Source: Octopus sinensis
Lineage: Eukaryota
Assembly: GCF_006345805.1 (NCBI RefSeq)
Contig: NC_043010.1
Coordinates: 24,924,001-24,988,000, forward strand
Direction of reading: 5' to 3'
Length of the DNA stretch: 64,000 nt
Below the pieces are notes generated by a model, which saw only the letters and a list, made by a program, of their open reading frames with translations, made no database searches and was not told the DNA's origin. How positions within the stretch are numbered: the stretch's first letter is position 1; each line of letters begins with the position of its first letter. A program made the translations under genes and the position numbers. This document shows, one piece after another, positions 1-14,164 of this stretch.

Positions 1-145
1 ACCGATTTTTACCAATACATATATATATATATATAATATATATATAATATAATATATATATATATATATGTATGTGTGTATGTATGTATGTTGTATGTAT
101 GTATGTATGTATGTATGTATGTATGTATGCATATATACGAGGGAC

Positions 146-300
146 GTCTTTCATTTTCCGTCTACCAAATCCATTCACGAGGTTTTGGTCGGCCCGAAAC
201 TATAGTAGAAGACACTTGCCCAGGTGTCATGCCGTGGAACTGAACCCGGAACAATGTGGTTGGTTAGCAAGCTACTTACCACACATCAACTCCTGTGCCT
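146..300 (-). mobile_element. tRNA-derived SINE family A (CORE-like), 5' portion
   Basis: Reverse complement matches the + copies at 7,540-7,640 and 14,878-15,035 (ACCTTGGGCAAGTGTCTTCTACTATAG core, B-box-like GGTTCAGT). Confidence 0.7.
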
Positions 301-317
301 ATACCCACTCCTGTATA

Positions 318-361
<44 letters not shown>

Positions 362-365
362 AGAT

Positions 366-411
<46 letters not shown>

Positions 412-455
412 TATTATATATAATATATATATACACATACATTGATAGAAACAGA

Positions 456-491
<36 letters not shown>

Positions 492-877
492 ACACACATA
501 TATATATATATATATATCTTTGCCTTTTATTTTTACTTGTTTCAGTTATTGGACCGTGGCCATACTGGAGCATCACCTTAATGGGTATTGTGGAGACGAA
601 GCAGAGTGGTAGATAAAAAGGTATACCGCTAGTTTTTTAAGTGTTATAATTTAGAATCATTTATTAAATGTTATATCACCATTCTCTTACTTTCTTTTGA
701 ATGATTATAAACTATGATTTGTAGATAACCCTATTGTTCTATGAATATTATAATTCACAACAAATATTAGGTATTGAGCCAGTAATTCCTTGGATAATAC
801 CATCCCTTAATGAGGATAATTTAACCTCTAATTGAATATACATATATACATAAACACACGTTCATAAACACACGCAC

Positions 878-956
878 CACCCGGTCTGAGATTCAAACCC
901 GCGATCCCGCCACCGCGAGTCCGCTGCTCTAACCATTAGGCCATGTTCCTCCACGG
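878..956 (-). mobile_element. tRNA-like SINE head fragment
   Basis: The minus strand has A-box-like TGGCCTAATGGTTAG and B-box-like GGTTTGAATC. No complete cloverleaf is visible. Confidence 0.5.
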
Positions 957-1317
957 GACAACTAATCAGTTCCTTTAATAAGCTTCTCATGCCTTGGTTT
1001 TGCTTTCCACTTTTTTAAAATTATACCTTCCGACCCGGAGGCAAGCAACGGATCCCCGGTTCTCTCCTTACTGGACAGTGACTACCACAGCTCCAGCCGC
1101 TGTGTAAACTTGTATCCTAGTAGCTTATCAGTTGGAGCACTCAGACCGCATACCTATAAGAGGTGTATCCTCTATATATATATATATATATAATATATAT
1201 ATATTATATATATATAGATATATATATATATATATATATTATATATAGATATATATATATATATAATACATACATACATACTACATAAATACATACATAC
1301 ATACATACATACATACA

Positions 1318-1349
<32 letters not shown>

Positions 1350-1786
1350 CAAATAAGCTGATAATTCATTTCTATATATAGATGCACACACGCAAACACA
1401 TACGTACGTACATACCAACACGCATTTGCACACACACACACGTATGTACACTGAGACATACGAGAGCACTTCTTATTCAGGACCTGTAACCGGAAGGATT
1501 CATGGCAGTATACGCATGATTAAACATTTGAGTTCCGTGATTCGGCCTCAAAACCCCCAATGAGTATTTTAAGAGAGACGATATCCTAGTGGAGAATTTT
1601 TACAATAAATCGCACCGTGTTTTTCATTGTTTTATTTGTTGTTGCGTTTGTGGTGCAGGCGGCGGTGGCGGCTGTTGTTTTTGTTGTTGTTGATGATGAT
1701 GTTTATGATGATGATAATGCTGTTGTTATCACTTTAGATAATGTCAGAGAACTATTTTTACTTCTTTCTAAGCAACGTTAAACGCA

Positions 1787-1818
<32 letters not shown>

Positions 1819-2320
1819 AATACAAGCCCCATATTCTAAGCATGGCGTATAACAACGAGGATTGTGTTTTTAAGAGGTGTGAGTCGTTCAGAGGAAGAGC
1901 GTCAAAGGTAGATACAACCTGTAGAACACTCCCACAAACATTCACACACACACACACAGTCACAAACATTTACGTCACACATGTACTTACATAAATCTAT
2001 TCACATACATACTAAACACCGGTGCATATATACACGCCTGTCTTTATATAAAGAAAGTTTGGAAGCAGTTTCGGTCAGAATCACTGTCAACACGCAGCGT
2101 GTTCTTTAGAGAGCTTCACCTATAGTTGTTTTTTACACGCATAGAAATATATACATATAGACGCACATATATAATATAAAGATATATATATATATTTATA
2201 TATACACATATATTAAGAGAAGAAAAGCCGGCTGTGAAGCAATCTCTCAAAATCGTCATAGTTCATTCATATGTACACGAACATAGCTACTAAAGTGCAT
2301 CACAACTGATAATAATAATA

Positions 2321-2384
<64 letters not shown>

Positions 2385-2591
2385 CATTATTATTATTATT
2401 ATTACATAATTATCATTGCTGTTGCTATTCTTTGTACTTGCTGGGATTATTTTTTTTTGCTTTTAGTAATTTATATATTGTTAGACACGAAAACAAGAAC
2501 GATCTCCAACAGAAATAGATACATCTATATAACCGTACATACATACATACATACATACATACATACATACATACATACATACATACATACA

Positions 2592-2623
<32 letters not shown>

Positions 2624-2745
2624 CACGTACACACGCATATATATACACATTGATATATTACATATTATAGACTGTGTTACCTTGAGATATCAAGCGATTG
2701 CTTATTTATTGTCGACGACAGCAAATAACGGACAAGACGATAAAG

Positions 2746-2856
2746 ATGAATAACAGAAGGGTTCCAACCATGTTCGCTTATTGTTATATTTCTTTGATAT
2801 TGCTCACAGTATTAACGGCAAAAATTACATTTGCGATTACATCCAACATTTGCGAG
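2746..2856 (+). CDS. Putative first coding exon with signal peptide (MNNRRVPTMFAYCYISLILLTVLTAKITFA-ITSNICE)
   Basis: 37 codons with a hydrophobic core and an AxxxFA-type cleavage site, ending at a GAG|GTAGGT donor (phase 0). An upstream acceptor GACAG lies at ~2,721. Linkage to the downstream exons is inferred. Confidence 0.5.
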
Positions 2857-2898
2857 GTAGGTTCAACAACCTTATTATTGTTGTTTTTGCTGCTGTTG

Positions 2899-2980
<82 letters not shown>

Positions 2981-2989
2981 GTTGTTATA

Positions 2990-3321
2990 GACGTCGCACA
3001 GTATGCAATATCTTGAGGTTGTTGATTGAAGATATTGTGCTGCCGGGGGTTTGTACTGTTTGTCAAATGACAACAAGGACCTCAGACAGACAGTACTTTA
3101 TGCAATATGTGTGCAGTTCCAAGTAATGCTGACTTTTGCAACACACCTAGATTGTAGGGTATTTCTAAAGTTTTCAGATGTTTTTTTTTTCAGACTGGGT
3201 GGTATTGAACCCAATGCTCTGATGGCATTAGGGTTAACCTTTATGTTTGACTCTCGTAGCTGCCACATCTTAGCGATCTCAATTCTCAGGTCTCCATATT
3301 CATCAACCTCTCTTTCTTTCA

Positions 3322-3325
<4 letters not shown>
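2990..3325 (-). mobile_element. R4/Dong-clade LINE 3' fragment (RLE C-terminus)
   Basis: Translates to EYGDLRIEIAKMWQL...ALGSIP...QKS..LGTAHIL. Bounded by (TAA)n and (CAA)n tracts. Confidence 0.7.
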
Positions 3326-3373
<48 letters not shown>

Positions 3374-3685
3374 GAGTGAGTGAGAGAGCAGTGGGGTAAA
3401 ATATACGAAACCCAGTATACCCATCATGACTACCCGTCTGACAATGGTACACTAGGCACATGCATCACAACCATATGTACACGACGTGGTGATCTCATAT
3501 CAAGATAAACAGCACACGACGTTGCAGGTGGGGCCCAGTTAGAATTTTCTTCTAGTCGAGTAACCCATCCCGCTCAAAAGGTCCCTGAATAAGGGTTGTT
3601 TAAGAATGTTTGAACGAAGCGCCCATCTTTCCAGAGGTGAATTATTCAAATCCCAAAGAATCCCTCTCAACACATGGCTATGATG
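3374..3685 (-). mobile_element. Interspersed repeat family C, 3' end with (AAT)n tail (further copies at 3,750-3,860 and 5,017-5,128)
   Basis: Three near-identical copies of GAGTGAGAGAGCAGTG...CCCAGTATACCCATCATGACTACCCGTC, each abutting (ATT)n. Confidence 0.65.
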
Positions 3686-3702
3686 CTTCCCCATCATCAT
3701 CA

Positions 3703-3749
<47 letters not shown>

Positions 3750-3902
3750 GAGTGAGAGAGCAGTGCATACCATCAAAGTGACACTGGGGTAAAATATACG
3801 AAGCCCAGTATACCCATCATGACTACCCGTCTCATAAGGGTACACTAGGCACATGCACCTAGTATATTATTATTGTTGTTGTTGTTGTTGTTGTTGTTGT
3901 TT

Positions 3903-4345
3903 CCTTTCATCATAACTTTATTTCAGCTGCCTTAGTACCGGGCACCCTCCGGAGGCCAAGAGTAGCAAGGACACTCTTGTTTTGCTATGCATGCTAAAAT
4001 TATCACCACATTTATTCCATTTTAGATGGAGAGTACTTTCCGTAGTATATGGGCTGTACCCTTCAAGCTTATCTTTTGTAGTTCACGGAGATTGGAGTTA
4101 ACAGGGAGTTGCTTAATATACTTCTCAGCTCTCTTCTTTATCATTCCCAACGCACCAGTTACTAATAGTGTTATCATAGAACTAAGCTTCCACATTTTTG
4201 TGATTTCAATTTGCAGATCTTTATAGTGAGAAAGCTTTTCGTATTCCTTTCTTGAGACATTTTGGGACAGTCATATCTATTAACAGACAAGTTCCTCTGT
4301 TGTAGTCCTTGATCACAATTCAATTTGATCACAAGTCAATTTTAC
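3903..4345 (-). mobile_element. R4/Dong-clade LINE 3' fragment
   Basis: Minus strand reads EYEKLSHYKDLQIEITKMWKL...TGALGMIKK...LQKISLKGTAHILRKVLSI*. Confidence 0.7.
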
Positions 4346-4559
4346 TGTCTCTTTGTATTGGGAAGTTCCAAAGGACGGCGACACCCTCACCATTTACTAC
4401 CCCCTTTGGATGGTGCCTATACCACTTATCATAGGATTTAATTCTGTAGTATTTACAAGCATTCCAGTGGATATACTGCTCTAGTCTGTCATGTCTTATG
4501 AGGTACTCTTTTCAGCGAGGACTGAGCAGCCAGAAACAACATGATCAATTGTCTCTCTA

Positions 4560-4632
<73 letters not shown>

Positions 4633-4756
4633 CATCATCATCATCATTATTATATTATATTATTATTATTATTATTATATTATTATTATTATTATCATTA
4701 TTATTATATATTATTATTATTATTATTATTATTATTATCATCATCATCATCATCAT

Positions 4757-5585
<829 letters not shown>

Positions 5586-7500
5586 GCCTTTGCACAGCTT
5601 CTAACGCTGGAGATGTTCTTCGGTGTCAGCTGTTCACTACCAGTGAACTAAGGTAACACCTCTTATTTTTCGAGCACCTTCCGGAATATTCGAGCGGTTC
5701 CAAGCAGTGCTGTTTTCTGCAAGTGTTCCACCCTTATTGCAGCCCCTATTTGTTCCACTACTTCTCGAGATTTTTACTCACTGTTCCCAGGGTTCCGACA
5801 ATTATTGGCACGACTGCTACCTTTTTCATCAACCACAACTGCTTAACTTCCTAAGCTAACCTATCATATCTCTATACTTTTCTTTCTTCCTTATCGCATA
5901 CCTTGTTGTCAGCTTGGCATGCTATATCTATGATCCAGCATTGTTTGTTTTCTTACTCAATTAAAAAATGTCCGGCTTCCTATTCTCTATCTCATTGGTC
6001 GTCGCACTGAATCATAAAATCCGATAAGATCTTTCCATTTTCGACGATGCCTTCAGGTTTGTGGTCATACCAATTTGTTGCTCTGTCAAGTCCATACTTG
6101 TTGCAGAGTGTCCAATGGACAAGCCTGGCTATATTGTCGTGGCGTTTCTTATATTCCTTCTGGGCTAGTGGCGTACATTGGCTGGTAATATGCCATACAG
6201 TTTCATCGTTTTGTCCACAGATTCTGCTCTTATCACTTTCTGCTGTGTTGTCTAATCTGTATTTTATGTAGTTTGTTCTTAGTGCTTGCTCTTGGGCAGC
6301 ACAGATTAGAGCCTCCGTTTCCGGTTTTAAATCACTTTTAGTTATCCACAGCCTCTTTTTTCTCTGTCTGTCTTATCTTCAACATCCCTATGAAATTGAC
6401 AATGCATTCTTTTCTTTACCCACCTATTTTCAGTTTCATTCATTGATTCTCAACTGCTTATGCAATGCTTTATCTTTGTAATCTCCCATCCTACACAAGC
6501 CTGAGGTCATCCATGGATAACAAATGGTTGACTTTTTGTTGGCGGCGTTTGAATATATACCCAGCTTTTGCTTTCCTCATAATCATTGTCAGTGGTATCA
6601 AGCACAGTACAAAGATCAGTGGGGACAGGCAATCCCCTTGGAAGATGCCCCTCCTAATTTCTACGACCCTAAACTTCCGTATGCTGTCAGGTCCATTCTC
6701 CAATTCGCCATACTTTTTCCAAGCAATCGCTCAACATTCGATGCAATCCCAACAGGCTCATACACTCCATAATCCAAGAACGTGGGATTATATCGTACGC
6801 CTTACGATAGTCGATCCATGACATGTCTGAGTTACTTTTCCTCTTCTTGCAGTCTCAAAGTACAGTTTTGCCTATCAGGAGTTGATCCTTGGTACCTCTG
6901 CACTTACGTTTGCAACCCTTCTGCTCATGTGGCAAGACTCCATTTTTTCCAGATGTTCGTACATTGACTCTGCGCGTATTCCAGATAAATGGCACACAGG
7001 ATATCGGCCTGTAATTGTCTACCGTATTGCCTTTTTCGATGTTTTTTCAAGCACAGCACAGTCCTACCCAATGTCAACCATTCTGGTGTTACTTGGTCGG
7101 CATTTAACAAGGTGTTGAGTTGCGCAGCTATTCGTACATGACATTCACCAAATCTTTTGATCCAGTAGCCTTGAACTTCATCTGGTCTCGGGGCCTTCTA
7201 GTTGCCCTTTTTTTTTTTTTTTTTTGCTTATTTCCTTCACTTCCCTAACTGAAATGACTAGTTCTGCCTGTTTTGGACAGACTGTTTGTTTCAGGTCTTG
7301 CAACTATTCAGCATCCTTCTTGTACTCTTTGACTTTGCTCCTGATGTCACTCCCAAACCTTTGACTTTCAAAGTCATCTGGTATCACCTTTTCATCTGTG
7401 CACTCTCCATTTATTTCTTTATAGAATCTCTTCTGATCTACTCTGAATAACCTATTCTGGTGGTAACCCCTCATTCTTTGGTCGTATCTTACCATCTTTG
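5586..7500 (-). mobile_element. Decayed R4/Dong-clade non-LTR retrotransposon (RT + CCHC + RLE)
   Basis: RGIFQGDCLSPLIFVLCL...HLLSMDDLRL and PEWLTLGRTVL motifs with many frameshifts. The 3' end runs into (AAT)n. Confidence 0.85.
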
Positions 7501-7504
7501 CTTT

Positions 7505-7920
7505 CTTTGCAACGAGGCTTGCTTCCCAACGACATGGTTCCAGGTTCAGTCCCACTGCATGGCACCTTGGGCAAGTGTATTCTATTATAACCTCGAGCCG
7601 ACCAAAGCCCTGTGAGGGATTTGGTAGACGGAAACTGAAAGAAGTTTGTTGTATATATATTATGTGTGTGCTGCGTGCGTGTGTGTGTGTATGTATGTAT
7701 GTATGTATGTATGTATGTATGTATGTATTATGTATGTATGTATGTATGTATGTGTGTGTATCTATGTTTGTGTGTCTGTGTTTGTCCCCCCAACATCGCT
7801 TGACAACCGATGTTGGTGCGTTTACGTCCCCGTTACTTAGCGGTTCGGCAAAATAGACCGATAGAATATGTACTAGGCTTACAAAGAACAAGTCTTGGGG
7901 TCTATTTGCTCGACTAACAA
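7505..7920 (+). mobile_element. SINE family A with internal TATG microsatellite
   Basis: Same head and body as the 14,878-15,285 copy. Confidence 0.75.
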
Positions 7921-7924
7921 GTAA

Positions 7925-8345
7925 AAGAATATTTCACACAACAGATTAGATTGTTGGAGAAGAAAAGAATCCTAACATCGGTCTACCACAACTAACCTTA
8001 GATGCCAAGAACCCTCCTAAGTACCCAAGCTGTCCCTAATAACACTATATTCTAGAGCTGTACTAAACTGGGTTTTTGCCTATTTCCTCTATTCATCTGT
8101 TCAAATCTTTAGGAATAGTTCCTAATGCACCTATAACTATAAGAATACATCTTACCCGCACTTTCCATAGTCTCTGTAACTCAATGGTTAGAACTTGTGC
8201 TTTGCTATTTTCTCTGTATCCCTCACATTGATTTTCTCATCATTTGAGACTACAAAGTCAATTATCTGTACTACTACCAAATCAGGCCTTCTAGCTTCTG
8301 AACTGAATGTTAAAGTCTCACATCCTATATTTCTTACTTTCTAGT
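7925..8345 (-). mobile_element. R4/Dong-clade LINE 3' fragment
   Basis: Minus strand reads RRPDLVVV..IIDF...LQRLWKV...IVIGALGTIPK...LLGTAWVLRRVLGI*. Confidence 0.7.
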
Positions 8346-8384
8346 ATTTTACAAGGTTCATGTTCGTACCATTTATTATTCTGC

Positions 8385-8600
8385 GAGTTGAGAGAATCGT
8401 TAGCATGCCGGGAAAAATGCTTAGCGACATTTCATCCGGCTTTACGTTCTGAGTTCAAATTCTTCGAAGGTCGACTTCGTCTTTTATTTTTCGGAGTTGA
8501 ATCACTGGGGTTGATGTAATCGACTGGTACCCACCGCCCAAAACTTTCAGGCCTTGTAGCTATAGTAGAAAGGATTATTATTATTATTATTATTATTATA

Positions 8601-8689
<89 letters not shown>

Positions 8690-9365
8690 GTATAATTCTT
8701 GCTTTAATCATCATTTCGAGGATCGTTTCGTATAGCTATCATTCCACTTTTTATAATTACTCTGGCGATGAATTGACAAAATCATTAACGAGTCGAGGTA
8801 AAGTCTAACAGTATTTAATCACGGCTTTTACCTTCTGAGTTCAAATCCCGCTAAGTTCAATTTTGCCTTTCATCCTTTCGGGGGTCGATAACATAAATAC
8901 TAGTCATGATTTCAAATTCTGATACAATACCAACAATTTTGAAGAGAAATGATTAAATCATTGAACCCAGCACTTGACTAATGCATTATTTTATCGACCC
9001 TAAATATGAAGGGCAAAGTGGACCTTGGCGGAATTTGAACTTAGTCTGTAATGAGTCAGAAGAAATAACACAAGATATTTTTTCCGATGCCCTATAGATT
9101 TTGCCAGCTCGACCGACTTAATAATGGATTCAAATGTTGGCACAAGGCCGGCAATTTTGGCGGAGGGAGTGAGTTGATTACATCGACCTCTGATCTCAAC
9201 TGGTACTTACTTTATAGTCTCCGAAAGGATGAAGGGTAAAGTCGACGGAATTTGAACTCAGATCGTAGCAACGAGCAAAAAGTCGCTAAGCATTGGACGA
9301 TTTTCGTGCACTCGTTTGGGCATTCAAACTGTTTTGTACGTTTTGGCGATGCAGACAAGCAAACG

Positions 9366-9412
<47 letters not shown>

Positions 9413-10080
9413 ACACACACACACACACATACACACACACGTACGCGCGTACGCACACACGCATACATACATGTACGTATGTACGTTAATATGTCCGTGA
9501 TAAAAAGGCGGCGAGCTAGCAGAAACGTTAGCACGCCGGGCGAAATGCTTAGCAGTATTTCGTCTGCCGTTACGTACTGAGTTCAAATTCCGCCGAGGTC
9601 GACTTTGCTTTTCATCCCCTCGGGATCGGTAAATTAAGTTCCAGTTACGCACTGGAGTCGATGTAATCGACTTAATCTGTTTGTCTCTCCCTGTTTGTCC
9701 CCTCTGTGTTTAGCCCCTTGTGGGTAGTAAAGAAATAGGTATTTCGTCTGCCACTACGTTCTGAGTTCAAATTCGTCCGAGGTCGACTTTGCCTTTCATC
9801 CTTTCGGGGTCGATAAATTAAGTACCTGCTGCGTACTGGGGTCGATCTAATCGGCTTGCCTCCTCTCCAAAAATTTCGGGCTTTGTAGCAAGAGTAGAAA
9901 AGAATATGTCCATGATAAAGAAAGAAAGAAAATGAAAAATTGACTCCAGTACATGACTGGTACTATATTTATCGATTTTGTAAGGATGAAAAGAACACTT
10001 GTCATCGGTGGGATTCGAACTCAGAGCGCAGAGAGTCAGTATAATAATTGCAAAGCAATCTATCTGACACTAAAGACTCG
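8385..10080. mobile_element. Cluster of SINE family B copies in both orientations (best copy 9,505-9,905 +)
   Basis: Recurrent GGCAGAAACGTTAGC...GAGTTCAAATTCCGCCGAGGTCGACTTTGCCTTTCATCC with A/B-box-like motifs. Confidence 0.75.
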
Positions 10081-10853
10081 GCCAATCAACCACATACAGT
10101 GCGCGCGCTTGAGTGTATGTTTGTGTCTGTGAGAGAGAGATACAGATACATCCGTACATACATATATTCTTACAGACATACATACAGACAGACATGCACA
10201 CACATATACATACATATACATACATACATATATACATACATACATTCTTACAGGCATACAGACAGACAAACAGACAGACATACACACACACATACAGACA
10301 TACAGACAGACACACATACATGCATACACAAGTATTCATACAGAGAGAGAGACTAAGACACAAATACGTACACACAAACATACACACATACATACAGGCA
10401 TAATTAAGTAAGCATACATACAGAAAGAGAATGAGAAAGAGAGAAATAGTGTTTGTGTGCGTGCGTGTGCGTGTGTGTGTGTGGAGAGAGAGAGGGGGAG
10501 AGAGGGTTTTTTTAAATAAATATCATTTAACACCTGAAACGTGCTACAATTAAAACACGATGCCTTAATTAGATTGAAAGAAGAGACAAATGGAAACGGA
10601 AAGTGATCTCGAATGCTGTTGCGTGTAATGCTAACCTTGACGGTTCAAATACGGTACGTGATGAAACATCAGCCATATCTACGGGAGCAGTGACGTCACG
10701 AAACTGGTTCGTGAAGAAATTGTAATGCGGGGTCATAACCGTTTGTATTTTAAACCGTTTGTATTTAAAAGTAATATGTGCAAAGTACCATTTTCCTTTC
10801 TTTTTCTCTCTTTCTCATTTGTAAACACACACACACACACACACACACACATA

Positions 10854-11069
10854 TTGGGTTGGTGTATAATTCTTGCGGCTTTTTTTTTCAACAGTATTTA
10901 ACAAAAGCATCTTTAAATGATGGTCTGACCATCTGCCAAGCAAATAGGAAGCAGTAATTGAAGTAGATGGTGAATATGCTCCGGAATAATCACTTAAAAA
11001 TGTTTTTGTTACATGTTGTTATTGTTTTTGTTGAATAAAATTTGTTGAAAAAAAGACGCACCAACGCAA
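10854..11069 (+). mobile_element. Mariner-derived MITE
   Basis: TA|TTGGGTTGGTG...CACCAACGCAA|TA imperfect TIRs with TA flanks. The interior encodes an LPSK*EAVIEVDGEYA remnant of the mariner transposase C-terminus. Confidence 0.7.
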
Positions 11070-11103
11070 TATATTAAAAGTGGGGAAGGCCGGTTTATGG
11101 GAT

Positions 11104-11290
11104 TAGGTTTCCCGCCCATAAAAGATTTAGCTTTATGTCAAATCGTCAGATCCCAAAAACCCGTTGGCCCCATGACCTCTTAAAAGTATGAAGATTTACC
11201 TCTCAATGTTTTTAAGAGGTCATGGGCCAACAGGTTCTTGGTATTTGACGATGTGCCATAAAGCTAAATCTTTTAAGGGCGGGAAATCTA
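11104..11290. mobile_element. Fold-back MITE-like element (~82 bp imperfect inverted arms, ~24 bp spacer)
   Basis: 11,104-11,185 is the reverse complement of 11,209-11,290. Both ends are TA. Confidence 0.7.
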
Positions 11291-11536
11291 AGGTAATCTT
11301 ATCTGGGTAATAATCTTATAGCGTGCTTTGCAAAGCTCCTCTGCGGTTATGGGCTATTTCATCGATCCTGAAGGGATAAAGGACATTTGAATTTAGAACC
11401 TAAAGCGACATTTGAATTTAGAACCTAAAGAAGAACAAAATACCGCTAAGAATTTTGTCTGACGCGGTAACGATCCGGTCAGCTCACCACCTGAATAATA
11501 ATAATAGTAATGATGATGATGATGATGATGATGATG

Positions 11537-11594
<58 letters not shown>

Positions 11595-11626
11595 TAATAA
11601 TGATAATAATAATAATAATAATAATA

Positions 11627-11662
<36 letters not shown>

Positions 11663-11709
11663 CATAATAGTAGCAATGATAAAATTAAAATAATGATAAT
11701 AAGGATCCT

Positions 11710-12205
11710 TTCTACTGGTGGCACAAGGTCTCATATTTGGGAAAAGAGATTAAGTCGATTATATCGACCCCAGTGCGTAACTGGTACTTATTTAATCGAC
11801 CCCGAAAGGATGAAAGGCAGAGGAGACAAACAAGGACAGACATAGGTATTAAGTCGATTATATCGACCCCAGTGTGTAACTGGTACTTGATTTATCGATC
11901 CCGAAAGGATGAAAGGCAAAGTCGACCTCGGCGAAATTTGAACTCAGAACGTAACAGCTGACGAAATACCTATTTCTTTATTACCCACAAGGGGCTAAAC
12001 ATAGAGGGGACAAACAAGGACAGACATAGGTATTAAGTCGATTACATCGACCCCAGTGCGTTACTGGTGCTTAATTTATCGACCCCGAAAGGATGAAAGG
12101 CAAAGTCGACCTCGGCGGAATTTGAACTCAGAACGTAACGGCAGACGAAATACCGCTAAGCATTTCGCCCGGCGTGTTAACGCTTCTGCCAGCACGCAAA
12201 CTTGC

Positions 12206-12251
<46 letters not shown>

Positions 12252-12678
12252 CCTTTCTACTCTAGGCTCAAGGCCTGGAATTTGGGGGGGGGGGGGTAGT
12301 TGATTACATAGATCCCAGTGTTTCACTGGTACTTGATTTATTGACCTTGAAAAGATGAAAGATAAAGTCGACCTCGGTGGAATTTGAACTCAGAACATAG
12401 CGACGGGTGAAATACCGGTAAGTTTTCCGTCCAGCGTGCTAACGATTCTGCCAGCTCGTCGCCCTTTAATAATAATAATAATAATAATAATAATATAATA
12501 ATAATAATATAATAATAATAATAATAATATATTTCTTTACTACCCACAAGGGGCTAAACACAGAGGGGACAAACGAGGACAGACAAACGGATTAAATCGA
12601 TTACATCCACCCCAGTGCGTAACTGGTACTTAATTTATCGACCCCGAAAGGATGAAAGGCAAAGTCGACCTCGGCGGA

Positions 12679-12680
<2 letters not shown>
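11710..12680 (-). mobile_element. Tandem and partial SINE family B copies
   Basis: Reverse complements of the 9,505-9,905 copy, separated by (TAA)n. Confidence 0.75.
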
Positions 12681-12717
<37 letters not shown>

Positions 12718-13050
12718 ACCATGTAATAATTTGTGCATTGGGAACTGTAAGTAAAGATTCAGAGAAATTGTTGAAGGAGAATGGAATAGAATGTCCCGTA
12801 GAGCTTCTACAGAAGTGGTTCTCAACATTTTCACTACCAAGGATCCCTTGTTTTTAAATAAGTTTTCCCACGGACCCCAGGATATTGCAAGGTCTGTCAG
12901 CACACTGACGGACCTCCAGTACTACCTTTGCGGATCACAGGTTGGGGACCACTGTTCTACAGAAAGTTTGCCTCTTAGGGTCAGGGAAGATTATCAGGAG
13001 GGTTCTAAGCACTTGAAAGACTATTGGAAGCTTGTGGAGGCCTAGGGTTA
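12718..13050 (+). mobile_element. R4/Dong 3' fragment interrupted by a hAT MITE
   Basis: HVIICALGTVSKDSEKLLKENGIECPVELLQ resumes as KVCLLGSGKIIRRVLST* once 12,813-12,962 is removed. Confidence 0.75.
12813..12954. mobile_element. hAT-superfamily MITE, 142 bp
   Basis: 8 bp TSD TTCTACAG at 12,805-12,812 and 12,955-12,962. TIRs are AAGTGGTTCTCAAC and GTTGGGGACCACTG. Confidence 0.85.
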
Positions 13051-13309
13051 CAGGTAGTAATAGGCAACGCACGTAAATTCGATCAGGAATAAGACCAAAC
13101 CTGAGTCAAATTAATAATAATAATCCTTTCTAGTAAAGGTACAGCTGCTCCACATATGCCCTCAACTCTCTAATGCACGGACACTGAACGATTGCATGCA
13201 GCAAGGCGCTTTCGTCCCCCCCCCACCGCATCAATCATTAATTTCCATTATTTTTCCACCAGGGTGACGGATGAAGGAGACAAGGAGACAAGGAGACAAT
13301 CGATAAAAA

Positions 13310-13373
<64 letters not shown>

Positions 13374-13425
13374 TCTTGTTCTTCTTCTTGTAGTTGTTGA
13401 TGTTGTAGTAGTAGTAGTAGTAGTA

Positions 13426-13495
<70 letters not shown>

Positions 13496-13496
13496 C

Positions 13497-13530
<34 letters not shown>

Positions 13531-13571
13531 AGGGTGAATAATTCAGTTAATTATTATCTACTACTATTCGA

Positions 13572-13785
13572 GGCAGCGTGATGGCAGAAACGTTCGCACG
13601 CCGGACAAAACGCTTAGTGGCATTTCGTCCGTCTTTACGTGCTTTCAGTTCAAATTCCACCGAGGTCGACTTTGCCTTTCGGGGTCGATAAATTAAGTAC
13701 CAGTGAAACATTGGAGTCGACGTAGTCGACTACTCCCCTCCCGCAAGATTTCAGGCCTTGTAAGCCTAGAGTAGAAAGGATTATC
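13572..13785 (+). mobile_element. SINE family B
   Basis: Matches the family B head and body. Confidence 0.7.
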
Positions 13786-13846
13786 CAGTGTTATTTAAAT
13801 GAAACTATTTTCCGAGTTTTCTCAATATTCTTTTACTTCTTTTCCA

Positions 13847-14130
13847 GTTATCTTCGAATCAAATTTTGCTGCTAAATGTCACCGTGGGTGAGAGTCAAGA
13901 TTTAGACAAAGTGAAATTTGAATTCCCAGTAAATGATCCCAGTAATTTTGATGCACATATATTCATATGTTTAAACGAAAATAAACAGTCTTCATCGCAG
14001 CCGTGTCTCTGGCAAGAACTGAGGAAAACGGAAGTGACTCCCAAAGCGTCGTCTCTAGTAGTTGTTGTAGAAAGTGACGAAAATGGTGATTGCTCCAACG
14101 ATTGCCTCGTGAAGTGGGTATTAAAGCAAA
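13847..14130 (+). CDS. Internal coding exon (YLRIKILLLNVTVGESQD...DCLVKWVLKQ)
   Basis: Polypyrimidine acceptor TTTTACTTCTTTCCAG, an open frame across 284 bp, and a consensus A|GTAAGT donor. Its phase 1 matches the acceptor at 16,441. Confidence 0.65.
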
Positions 14131-14164
14131 GTAAGTATCTGTCGGGGTTTGGAATTAACCAAAA

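Noticed and set aside
10572-10652. Candidate missing exon (IERRDKWKRKVISNAVAC...)
   Set aside because: The acceptor lacks a polypyrimidine tract, and the phase alone does not bridge to the 13,847 exon.
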